Part shown: piece after piece, positions 17,992-25,387 of the stretch
How the letters are laid out: each line of letters starts with the position of its first letter
How positions within the stretch are numbered: position 1 is the first letter of the stretch
IMG/VR virus record: IMGVR_UViG_3300034357_000192
Coordinates: 1 to 27,924 of that record
Strand: one strand, 5' to 3'
Source: a virus
Lineage: Duplodnaviria; Caudoviricetes
DNA length: 27,924 nt
Translations under genes and position numbers: made by a program
The notes under the pieces: generated by a model
Database searches by the model: none
What the model was told of the DNA's origin: nothing
Seen by the model: only the letters and a program-made list of their open reading frames with translations

Positions 17992-18106
17992 AAAAAAAAT
18001 ACCCTATGAGGACTGCGGTCGAATCGGTTCAGATTTTACTCCTTACCTCGCAGTCACCATAGGGTGACAATGTTTTACAATTCATTCAGGATTCGACCTC
18101 TGAATG
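17992..18106 (-). ncRNA. Structured leader RNA: two hairpins with 9-nt complementarity and a U8 tract
   Basis: Hairpin 1 is CATTCAG-AGGTCGAATC-CTGAATG. Hairpin 2 is ACCCTATG..GACTGCG-loop-CGCAGTC..CATAGGGT-A-T8. GGTCGAATC is the exact complement of GATTCGACC. Confidence 0.7.
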
Positions 18107-18140
18107 GTGCTAAGTTACAAAATTATTATTGATAATTTAT

Positions 18141-18209
18141 TAATCAGAGCAGAATTCGAATCTACAATTGGCTTATAAGTTCCCGTGTTACCAATTACAC
18201 TATCTGACT
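18141..18209 (-). tRNA. tRNA-like element/pseudo-tRNA with a degenerate anticodon arm
   Basis: Acceptor AGTCAGA/TCTGATT, T8-A9, D arm GTGT-AATTGGTA-ACAC, T arm GTAGA-TTCGAAT-TCTGC. Only 19 nt lie between the D and T arms, and there is no encoded CCA. Confidence 0.65.
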
Positions 18210-18230
18210 AATTTTTTAATATGGTTTTTG

Positions 18231-18614
18231 TTATTCTTGATTTAAGTATGATTCAATTACTTTGATAGTTTCGTCTACACCAGTAGAAAATAGTGCAGCA
18301 TAACCTACTTCATTTAATGCTTTTAATACCTCTGCTTGACGTTCTGTATGCTCATTGGCTTTGAGTGTACCATCTTTCTTAAATGGGTTTGCCTTGTCAG
18401 TTTTTATCTCAATGAATAGACCAGCAAAGTTACCTTTAGGAATTGCAATGAAAAGGTCAGGATAACCTTTGATTGGATTTTGCGCTCTATGTTTATTTGC
18501 CATATAAGGACTCAGGTAGAGTCCAGCAGCAAAGTCAAAACGAAATATGACCTTTGGGTGTTTGATTGTTAGATACCTTGCTATGACCTTGTAAATCTCT
18601 GCTTCTTGACTCAT
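18231..18614 (-). CDS. VRR-NUC domain nuclease (putative Holliday junction resolvase)
   Basis: EAEI...GYPDLFI...GLFIEIK...Q...L...GY. Confidence 0.88.
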   Translation of the reverse strand: MSQEAEIYKVIARYLTIKHPKVIFRFDFAAGLYLSPYMANKHRAQNPIKGYPDLFIAIPKGNFAGLFIEIKTDKANPFKKDGTLKANEHTERQAEVLKALNEVGYAALFSTGVDETIKVIESYLNQE

Positions 18615-18999
18615 TTAAAAAAAGTTTGTAGTTGTGGATTAGTTGACTTCTTGAATTGTTTGCAAGGTAAAGATAGTAGTTGAGTTCGTATACTGGCATC
18701 CATTCAAATCTGTATGACTTAGGGTATAGCCTTTCTAACTCTTTCTCTGAATATGTGACATCAACCTTTGGTGCTTGGTCTTTAATATCAACACCAGTCA
18801 TTAATGCCATTCTTTGCTGAATCAGTAGAGTTAATTTATTGTGGCTCAAATCAAGGTAGTTTGCAATCTGTGATGATGATAGGTCACCACCACATAAGAA
18901 CCATCTATTGACTGCTATTGAATACCTTTCATCAATCTCTTTGAACTTGTTAGACTTATTAGTTAAGTATTCGATGTGTTCGATTATATCAGCCTTCAT
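18535..18999 (-). CDS. Hypothetical protein, possible HTH
   Basis: LSSSQIANYLDLSHNKL looks HTH-like. Overlaps the VRR-NUC gene by 80 nt. Confidence 0.6.
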   Translation of the reverse strand: MKADIIEHIEYLTNKSNKFKEIDERYSIAVNRWFLCGGDLSSSQIANYLDLSHNKLTLLIQQRMALMTGVDIKDQAPKVDVTYSEKELERLYPKSYRFEWMPVYELNYYLYLANNSRSQLIHNYKLFLNESRSRDLQGHSKVSNNQTPKGHISF

Positions 19000-19004
19000 T
19001 GGTT

Positions 19005-19226
19005 CTAATATAATTGATTGAAATACTCTTTTCCATTATCATAGTTTTCAAGTATATGACCATTTTTACCTAACAAATAACCATCATTAAAAGCATCTTG
19101 TATCTGCAATCTTTCGATTTCTAAATAACTTTCAATGACCTCAATAACTTCAGGACATTCTTTGTTCAATTTATAGTGTGAACTAAGTAGCCTCAGTATA
19201 ATTTCAATTGATGTTTCTTTTTTCAT
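19005..19226 (-). CDS. Small hypothetical protein, same family as 14267..14479
   Basis: KETSIE...ERLQIQDAFNDGY...EYFNQLY. Confidence 0.72.
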   Translation of the reverse strand: MKKETSIEIILRLLSSHYKLNKECPEVIEVIESYLEIERLQIQDAFNDGYLLGKNGHILENYDNGKEYFNQLY

Positions 19227-19228
19227 TG

Positions 19229-19846
19229 TTATGATTTATAAGATGAATTAAAATGTGATTTGAGTTCATTAATGTTGGTGTCAAGGTAGCCAGTAATTAA
19301 CTTGTATGCATCTGCTATCTCATGGTCATTGTGCCGATATACTAAGATGCTATCTGATGTACTACCACTTCTTTTACTTCTTGCAGTCACTCCAATATAG
19401 TAAAAGTTCTTAGGGTCAATACCAGCTATTAGACTATACCATACCGCTTGAATGTGATTGTAATGCTTAACCATGTCTGAACCAAATACATCTAAGGTCT
19501 TAGCTGATGTTGTTTTGATGTCAGCTATCACATTTAACTGCTGATTGTAGATATCAAACATTGCTTTTCCTTGTATAGTATGCCTACCAATTTGAACATC
19601 TTTAATCATTGGGTGTTCATTGATTGCACCATCCATTATTCTCTTAGCTACTGGATGGTTAGATATTGCTTTGTGTACATTGTATGCCTCAAGGTTCATC
19701 TGTTCAGGTTTCAAATCTAACAACTGATGGTGAAGGCTAACACCTAACTCAAGTGCTACTTTTGCATATGATATATCTCCAGTATAATGCTTCTTGATTC
19801 GTGAGCAAGATAGTGCTGGAAAGTAAACGAATTGGTCACGTGTCAT
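19229..19846 (-). CDS. PD-(D/E)XK exonuclease (RecE/Exo VIII, DUF3799-like)
   Basis: LSCSRIK, ALELGVSLH, KAMFD, IADIKTT and YNHIQAVWY. Confidence 0.82.
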   Translation of the reverse strand: MTRDQFVYFPALSCSRIKKHYTGDISYAKVALELGVSLHHQLLDLKPEQMNLEAYNVHKAISNHPVAKRIMDGAINEHPMIKDVQIGRHTIQGKAMFDIYNQQLNVIADIKTTSAKTLDVFGSDMVKHYNHIQAVWYSLIAGIDPKNFYYIGVTARSKRSGSTSDSILVYRHNDHEIADAYKLITGYLDTNINELKSHFNSSYKS

Positions 19847-20325
19847 AATTCAATCCAGTTAGTAGTGATTTCACATTTGCTTATTTTATAATTACCAGTA
19901 GCCTTTAGAAATTCTATACATACCTCTTCAGTCAATTCAAATTTGTGATTTATTACTGGTGTTGGTTCAGTTGGTGCATAGATTGGTTTAGGTTGGTTAT
20001 TGTTAGATAACATATTAACAGCATCTCTATACTTTGCATAACTCCTTATACTGAATCTTGAATTATACATTGATAAATTACTAAAATGGTTACTTGCTAA
20101 ACCAGCCAACTTACTAAATTCAATCTTTTCTAATTTATGATGTAATCTATGTTTATCAAGTATATCAATAATCTCAAAGTGATTATGTGTAGTAAATTTA
20201 TACTTAGGAGATAGTCCTCTTTTCATTACTCTATTATCTGTGTTCATCGGTTTTTTATTAAAAAGATTTATACTTGAAAGATTTAATTTTTTTGTTTCTG
20301 CTACCAATATTTCATTTAGTGTCAT
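19843..20325 (-). CDS. Hypothetical protein, possible XRE-like HTH
   Basis: HRLHHKLEKIEFSKLAGLASNHFSNL pattern. Confidence 0.6.
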   Translation of the reverse strand: MTLNEILVAETKKLNLSSINLFNKKPMNTDNRVMKRGLSPKYKFTTHNHFEIIDILDKHRLHHKLEKIEFSKLAGLASNHFSNLSMYNSRFSIRSYAKYRDAVNMLSNNNQPKPIYAPTEPTPVINHKFELTEEVCIEFLKATGNYKISKCEITTNWIEL

Positions 20326-20328
20326 AAC

Positions 20329-20979
20329 TTATCGTATTACTTGGGTCTTATGGTCGTAAATTTCAATACCATCTATCTTCACCACACCGCACTTTTCCAT
20401 AGCCTTAGCAAGTGGTGTTAGTAGTTCTTGGTAGTCTATACATTCAGCAGCAAATAATACATTAAGTACCATAGACCAGTTCACTTCACCACAGATACGT
20501 GCTTTCTTAGTCACTCTAATGTTCTTAGGTTGTTCAGTATTGATGCTAATTGATTGGTCAACTAACTGACCAGCTAATTCAGAGAAATCTTCAATTGATA
20601 GATTCTCTAATGCTTTCTCAGATTCAATCCTTAGTTTTTCATTTGCCTCACGTTGTACCTTTTCTAACTCTTCATTGTATGCTAACATCTTAGTTTTAGC
20701 AGATTCAATGTATTTCTTTAATGGTTCGGTTGATTCTTTTTCCAATTCCATTATTTGCTTCTTGTATGCATCTAATGGTGCAGTAATAGTCTTACGGCTT
20801 GATTCAATCGTTTTAACGACTTCATTTGCCAATTTGATAGTATGCTCAGTAATGTCATAAGATAGTTTATCTTCAACCTTAGATGGTGCATCATTGATTA
20901 ATTGTTGAGTCTTTAATGTTGTTTGGTTGTTTATCACTTCATAGAGTGAATCAACCTTGAGTGTTATTTCTGCTTTCAT
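20329..20979 (-). CDS. Coiled-coil protein of the recombination module (DUF1351/Gp157/Gam-like)
   Basis: IESSRKTITAPL coiled coil and C-terminal KIDGIEIY. Lies between the SSB-like and exonuclease genes. Confidence 0.6.
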   Translation of the reverse strand: MKAEITLKVDSLYEVINNQTTLKTQQLINDAPSKVEDKLSYDITEHTIKLANEVVKTIESSRKTITAPLDAYKKQIMELEKESTEPLKKYIESAKTKMLAYNEELEKVQREANEKLRIESEKALENLSIEDFSELAGQLVDQSISINTEQPKNIRVTKKARICGEVNWSMVLNVLFAAECIDYQELLTPLAKAMEKCGVVKIDGIEIYDHKTQVIR

Positions 20980-20995
20980 AGTGAAAGGGTTTTTA

Positions 20996-21018
20996 AAGGG
21001 GGCATTATTTACCCCCTT
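20996..21018 (-). terminator. Intergenic GC hairpin
   Basis: AAGGGGGTA-AATAA-TGCCCCCTT just after the SSB-like stop, with only a short U tract. Confidence 0.5.
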
Positions 21019-21027
21019 ATTGATTAA

Positions 21028-21726
21028 TTAAAATGGTAGTTTAGTTGGGTCTTCTGAGTCACCTTGCATCCAGTCGAAATCACTTGGGTTAACTGGCTTT
21101 TCAATAGTGAATGTAGGTAGTGCTTCAATTTTTGGATAAGTAGCAGACATCTCAGCATTCATATAAGCAATGAACTCATCACTCAACTTAATCTTATCTT
21201 GAACGAACTCAGGTAGACTTCTGAAAACAACCATGTCAGGTTGTTGAGTGCTGAATACCAATGGTGGATTAACTGCTGGAGGACATACCATACCTTTAGG
21301 TAGTGGTGTAATAGTTTGAATGTTAGCAAATGTCTTATCTCCACTTTGTTTGTGAATGATGTTAACCATACATTCACGACCAATTAAACTAAATACATTG
21401 TACTTCTTAGCCTCGTCTTCAGTCAATGTTTTACCCTCAATTGAGTGAACATCTTTTCTTAGAGTGCTTTTCTCGTGCATTGACAATGTGTACATATTAC
21501 GAGCATAGAATGGCTGCTCACCCTTGTTAGGGTCAAAGATTGCCGTCTCTAATGGTAGTTCAAAAAGGACTTGAACCTTTCTTTTTTTACCACCAAATTG
21601 ACCAGTTTGTTCTGTAGTTCCTAAGTCGATGATTTGATAGATACGTGCAAGATGCATTCCTACTGGGGCTATCTTGTTAGTGTAGTTTGATTCGCCTCCT
21701 ACTGGAGCATTTAAAGTTGGTAACAT
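21028..21726 (-). CDS. Putative ssDNA-binding/replication protein (NGO0469-like family)
   Basis: GMHLARIYQIIDLGT...YTLSMHEKSTLRK...LIGRECMVNIIH, with an acidic C-terminal tail ending LPF. Confidence 0.7.
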   Translation of the reverse strand: MLPTLNAPVGGESNYTNKIAPVGMHLARIYQIIDLGTTEQTGQFGGKKRKVQVLFELPLETAIFDPNKGEQPFYARNMYTLSMHEKSTLRKDVHSIEGKTLTEDEAKKYNVFSLIGRECMVNIIHKQSGDKTFANIQTITPLPKGMVCPPAVNPPLVFSTQQPDMVVFRSLPEFVQDKIKLSDEFIAYMNAEMSATYPKIEALPTFTIEKPVNPSDFDWMQGDSEDPTKLPF

Positions 21727-21753
21727 AATTGATTTGGATTTATTGATTAAAAA

Positions 21754-22047
21754 TTAAAGTGATTTAAACATGATGTGTGCAGCATCTTCTAACTTAGCTA
21801 ATGCCTTGTCATAAGCCTCTATGTATTCATCTATACTTACCGCAATATAGTCACGATAGATAATAGGTACATTGTGATACTCTTCATTGTGGAATTGACG
21901 AGCCATTACCGCACAATTAGAATCGCATCTTGTGAAGATACCGCTATAGCATCCTTCGGTTACGATTGAAATCATTGAGCCATTAAGATGGTCATAGTGA
22001 AAGTAAGTATTACCTTCTGCAAGTTTGAAAATAGTTGATGTGTTCAT
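21754..22047 (-). CDS. Hypothetical early protein (97 aa)
   Basis: ORF with an AATCAATC leader. Confidence 0.75.
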   Translation of the reverse strand: MNTSTIFKLAEGNTYFHYDHLNGSMISIVTEGCYSGIFTRCDSNCAVMARQFHNEEYHNVPIIYRDYIAVSIDEYIEAYDKALAKLEDAAHIMFKSL

Positions 22048-22087
22048 ATTACACGAATTTAGATTGATTGATTAGAAAATTAGTGGA

Positions 22088-22114
22088 TTAAAAAATTGTT
22101 GTTGTGGTAATCAT
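22088..22114 (-). pseudogene. 8-codon mini-ORF MITTTTIF in a duplicated leader/start unit
   Basis: The leader and first codons resemble those of 21754..22047 (MNTSTIF). Confidence 0.5.
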
Positions 22115-22138
22115 ATTATATGAATTTAGATTGTTTGA

Positions 22139-22294
22139 TTAAATTGATTTTGAAATTTTGTATATATCGTCAAGGTCAATTTCAATATTGCCTTTAGTTT
22201 TTAAAATTAGGTTTAGTTCTAAAACCAAACTTTTAACTTTTGGAGAGTTAGGTGCAATCCATTGTAGTCTTTGAATAAATCTGCTTAATGTCAT
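22139..22294 (-). CDS. Hypothetical early protein, 51 aa (MTLSRFIQRLQWIAPNSPK...)
   Basis: Read by hand, below the track cutoff. AATCAATCACAATG leader. Confidence 0.65.
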   Translation of the reverse strand: MTLSRFIQRLQWIAPNSPKVKSLVLELNLILKTKGNIEIDLDDIYKISKSI

Positions 22295-22318
22295 TGTGAT
22301 TGATTTTAGAGATTGAGT

Positions 22319-22350
22319 AAAAGAAAAAGTAGGGAGGTATGAGCCTCCCT
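22319..22350 (-). terminator. Intrinsic terminator-like hairpin
   Basis: AGGGAGG-CTCATA-CCTCCCT followed by ACTTTTTCTTTT. Confidence 0.65.
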
Positions 22351-22358
22351 TGATTAGG

Positions 22359-22646
22359 TTATTTAAAGATTCCGTTTAATGATGTATTTGAACAAATAAT
22401 TGAAAATGCAAATGGATTTTCACCATTCTCAGATGCTTGAACAAGACCATCAATTTCGTCACTTTGAAAATTATAATGACGATTGAATCCCATTCTTAAC
22501 AATTTATTCCAAAGATTTGTATTATCACGACTTGAAGCAGAGGTAAATATTACACCATTATCAAATATAATTTGATGAGTGCCATTGTAATCCATCATCA
22601 TTTTACCTTGTGGATTTGCTTTTCTAATTTGTGATGCAGTTGTCAT
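22359..22646 (-). CDS. Hypothetical early protein (95 aa)
   Basis: Start moved to ATG 22646 (MTTASQIRK), downstream of the promoter. Confidence 0.72.
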   Translation of the reverse strand: MTTASQIRKANPQGKMMMDYNGTHQIIFDNGVIFTSASSRDNTNLWNKLLRMGFNRHYNFQSDEIDGLVQASENGENPFAFSIICSNTSLNGIFK

Positions 22647-22693
22647 AATGTTTGAATAAGTGATTGAGTGATTGATTAGTGAATTAATTATAC

Positions 22694-22726
22694 GCAAATG
22701 TAGAACTATATTTTGATTCTGCAATA
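22694..22726 (-). promoter_or_regulatory. Early promoter, copy 1
   Basis: TTG-N19-TACATTTG at the boundary between the lysis and early genes. Confidence 0.82.
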
Positions 22727-22800
22727 CCTCAATCAAAATAAACACAATTATTTTTAGTCACATTACGTAACTACTTGATTTTGTGATTGCCTAATTTCAA

Positions 22801-23484
22801 TTATTTTATTTGACTGCTGATACCAATACCTAAAAGCACCCCTACACCAACTTTAAATGCAGTTGATTGATACCACTTAGGTTCTTTCTTGACATAGATA
22901 TTGGATAAGTTAGTGATTGACATAGTAGGATTATCAATGTGCAATCTAACTACACTATCTGTTTTTCTCAGTAACCTATTAAATAGACCATCTCTTAACG
23001 TATCTCCAACCGAATAGGTCAAAGTACCACTTGATACAATTGAATCGATTAGAAGAGTCCCAGTAGTGTCAATCTTACCATCTATTGAATACCACTCACT
23101 ATAGTCTGAGAATTCAACTGGTAACTTAATGTAATTGGTTGAATCAATTGTGATAGGTTCAGCAAGTTGAATCTTAGTTTCTATTTTAGTCTTATACTGA
23201 ATCTTGACTATCTCTTTAGGATTGCGAATAGCAAGTAATTTAATTGCCATATCTCTTGAATCAATTTCACTTTGATAGTTTACCGCTTGACTTATCAACT
23301 TACTTGAATCTGCTAAGTGCTGCACCTTATAATTCTGCACCTCTTCTTTCATCTTACGATAGTCAATAGTTAACTGACCATTAGTACCACAAGTATGAAT
23401 GAAGATTAATATCATCACAAATGCAGCTACCATCATTAGCACCTTATCAATTGAGTCAAATTTATCTTGTGGCATATCCTCCAA
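22801..23484 (-). CDS. Spanin-like lysis membrane protein
   Basis: N-terminal hydrophobic segment ending in Cys, a coiled coil, a beta region, and KWY plus a C-terminal Gly-rich TM. Last gene of the lysis cassette. Confidence 0.6.
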   Translation of the reverse strand: MEDMPQDKFDSIDKVLMMVAAFVMILIFIHTCGTNGQLTIDYRKMKEEVQNYKVQHLADSSKLISQAVNYQSEIDSRDMAIKLLAIRNPKEIVKIQYKTKIETKIQLAEPITIDSTNYIKLPVEFSDYSEWYSIDGKIDTTGTLLIDSIVSSGTLTYSVGDTLRDGLFNRLLRKTDSVVRLHIDNPTMSITNLSNIYVKKEPKWYQSTAFKVGVGVLLGIGISSQIK

Positions 23485-23662
23485 TTAACTTAATGAATTT
23501 CTCCCACTTCAATTCAAAGCAAGACTTATCTCGTAGGTTTGACCTCAATACATTCTTAGCTACATAGATTGGCATTTCACGTTCAGTCACATAATGCTTT
23601 ACCACAATTAGCAGTCTTTCATCTGCTTCTTCTTCGTCCATTGGTAAAGTACATTCTCTCAT
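23462..23662 (-). CDS. Hypothetical protein (66 aa)
   Basis: ATGA-coupled to the PAS-HisKA gene. Confidence 0.65.
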   Translation of the reverse strand: MRECTLPMDEEEADERLLIVVKHYVTEREMPIYVAKNVLRSNLRDKSCFELKWEKFIKLIGGYATR

Positions 23663-24228
23663 AATTGCCTTGTTGCTTTCTTGACTAATGCGTGGATTGA
23701 TTCATCTAATCTCTTCATTGAATCGTCAACCATCTTTAGTAGTTCAGTCTGCTCTGAATCATCCGTCTTACCCTCTTTATCAAGCAGCAACTTAACCACT
23801 CCAGCAACTGATGTTAAAGGCTGCCTTAGTTCATGGCTCAACATAAACCTAAACTCTTCAAGTAACTGCTTTTGTTTCTCATGTTCGTGACTTGTGATAC
23901 TGGTCACATCAGTAATTTGAAAACCAATAAAGTGAAGACTACCAAGTATTGCGTAACAATTCCACAAGCACCACCTTAAACCACTATTTTTCTGCTTGGT
24001 TCGTGCGTAGATTCTAACTGGATTAGGTGTGATTTCAATGGCTCTCTTAACTGATTCAACATAATCATCAAGTTCAGTATCATCTGAAATTATATCACTA
24101 ACTTTTTTAGGTTTAATGTGAGATGAATACTCTTTAAAGAGGTCATTAGAACTAACTATTTTACCCTCATAGTCAGATACGACATATAGCAAGTCAATAG
24201 AATTGGCTAAGATGTATATTGCTGACAT
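23659..24228 (-). CDS. PAS-like plus HisKA (DHp) protein lacking the HATPase domain
   Basis: PAS-like segment YVVSDYEGKIVSSN...KNSGLRWCLW...ITDVT, then the H-box FRFMLSHELRQPLTSVAG and a second helix, then stop. Confidence 0.85.
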   Translation of the reverse strand: MSAIYILANSIDLLYVVSDYEGKIVSSNDLFKEYSSHIKPKKVSDIISDDTELDDYVESVKRAIEITPNPVRIYARTKQKNSGLRWCLWNCYAILGSLHFIGFQITDVTSITSHEHEKQKQLLEEFRFMLSHELRQPLTSVAGVVKLLLDKEGKTDDSEQTELLKMVDDSMKRLDESIHALVKKATRQL

Positions 24229-24231
24229 CTA

Positions 24232-24720
24232 CTAACTCTTAACTATCTTGTTAATCTTACGAATCATCTCAAGCCAGTAAAATGTAGAACGATATAGCCA
24301 AATTGATGTAGCTAATAGCATCAACATCATTACAATTGAGTTAGATAAATCACTATATTGGTAAGGTTGAGCCATAACAAATTCACTTTTTTGTGATAAA
24401 ATAGGTTTCAGATTCAACTTTTCACCCTTAATTAACCACTTAGCATCACAAGGTTGTATAGTATCTGATGCTCTAAATGGTATTACTGGTACTGGTTCAA
24501 CTTCTACCTTAACAATTGGCTCAAATTTAGTGATTTCTTTATCAACATATAGTGTGTCACCCCATTGATTTTTGTAAATATACATTGATGTGTCACCCAT
24601 ATAGTGATTAATGAACATAAATGGTTCAGGTTCTTTAATCTCCTTACGATTTATAGTGTAACTTGTATCATAGGTCACCTTATATTGTGAATGGATGGTG
24701 TCCTTAACTGCTTCAAACAT
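24232..24720 (-). CDS. Hypothetical membrane protein with a C-terminal TM
   Basis: SIVMMLMLLATSIWLY followed by a basic tail. In frame with the PAS-HisKA gene. Confidence 0.7.
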   Translation of the reverse strand: MFEAVKDTIHSQYKVTYDTSYTINRKEIKEPEPFMFINHYMGDTSMYIYKNQWGDTLYVDKEITKFEPIVKVEVEPVPVIPFRASDTIQPCDAKWLIKGEKLNLKPILSQKSEFVMAQPYQYSDLSNSIVMMLMLLATSIWLYRSTFYWLEMIRKINKIVKS

Positions 24721-24922
24721 CTGAACCTCCTTTCTCAGATGGTTTCCACACCCACTTTAAGGTCACAACTGCACCAATGATATATGCAAATGACTCCTTG
24801 TCTATTTTCTTGGTAAAGAATAGCCAAAAACCAACCACAGATATGAGTGAACCAATAGTCAAGTGCCAATACACCATAAGTAAGTCAGCTATTTGTTTGA
24901 ATTTCTTAGGGTCGATAGCCAT
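24713..24922 (-). CDS. Putative holin (2 TM)
   Basis: 69 aa with two hydrophobic helices and charged termini, directly after the endolysin. Confidence 0.65.
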   Translation of the reverse strand: MAIDPKKFKQIADLLMVYWHLTIGSLISVVGFWLFFTKKIDKESFAYIIGAVVTLKWVWKPSEKGGSDV

Positions 24923-24928
24923 ACATCA

Positions 24929-25387
24929 CTATACGACCTTCTTGAAATATAGTTCTGCTTCTTTTTGCCTTCTTTTGGTCAAACCTTTCAACACAACACC
25001 ACCACCACGATTCCATTTTAAGAACTCTGCTGCTATCTTAGGGTCATTTGGGTTACTAAGTACCATCTTGAGTAATGTAGACTTACTGAGATTGCCTAAA
25101 CCAACATTAAAGGCAAATGATACAAGAGCATCAAACTGATATTGGGTTAACTTGACTGATTTGGTGTACTTACTCACATAGATATCGTAGTCTTCAAGGG
25201 TGTTAATCAGTAATATCTCTGCTTCTTCTTTGTCACGCAAAACATCACCCATTTTGACATTAGATTTGTCGGGATAGAAACAACTTCCATACCCGATGGT
25301 AGGCACATTGGCTGAACACCTATATGCATTCAGCCTAAGACCTTCAAAGTCTTTGACCAACTGAATACCCGTCTTACTAATATTCAT
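24929..25387 (-). CDS. Endolysin, GH24 phage lysozyme
   Basis: E-x8-C-x5-T triad (FEGLRLNAYRCSANVPTIGYG), QFDALVSFAFNVG and GLTKRRQKE. Start ATG 25387 (TAATG overlap). Confidence 0.95.
   Translation of the reverse strand: MNISKTGIQLVKDFEGLRLNAYRCSANVPTIGYGSCFYPDKSNVKMGDVLRDKEEAEILLINTLEDYDIYVSKYTKSVKLTQYQFDALVSFAFNVGLGNLSKSTLLKMVLSNPNDPKIAAEFLKWNRGGGVVLKGLTKRRQKEAELYFKKVV

Noticed and set aside
22050-22330. CRISPR-like or mini-array reading of the AATC repeats
   Set aside because: The repeats are short, degenerate, irregularly spaced and coincide with gene leaders. No cas genes are present.
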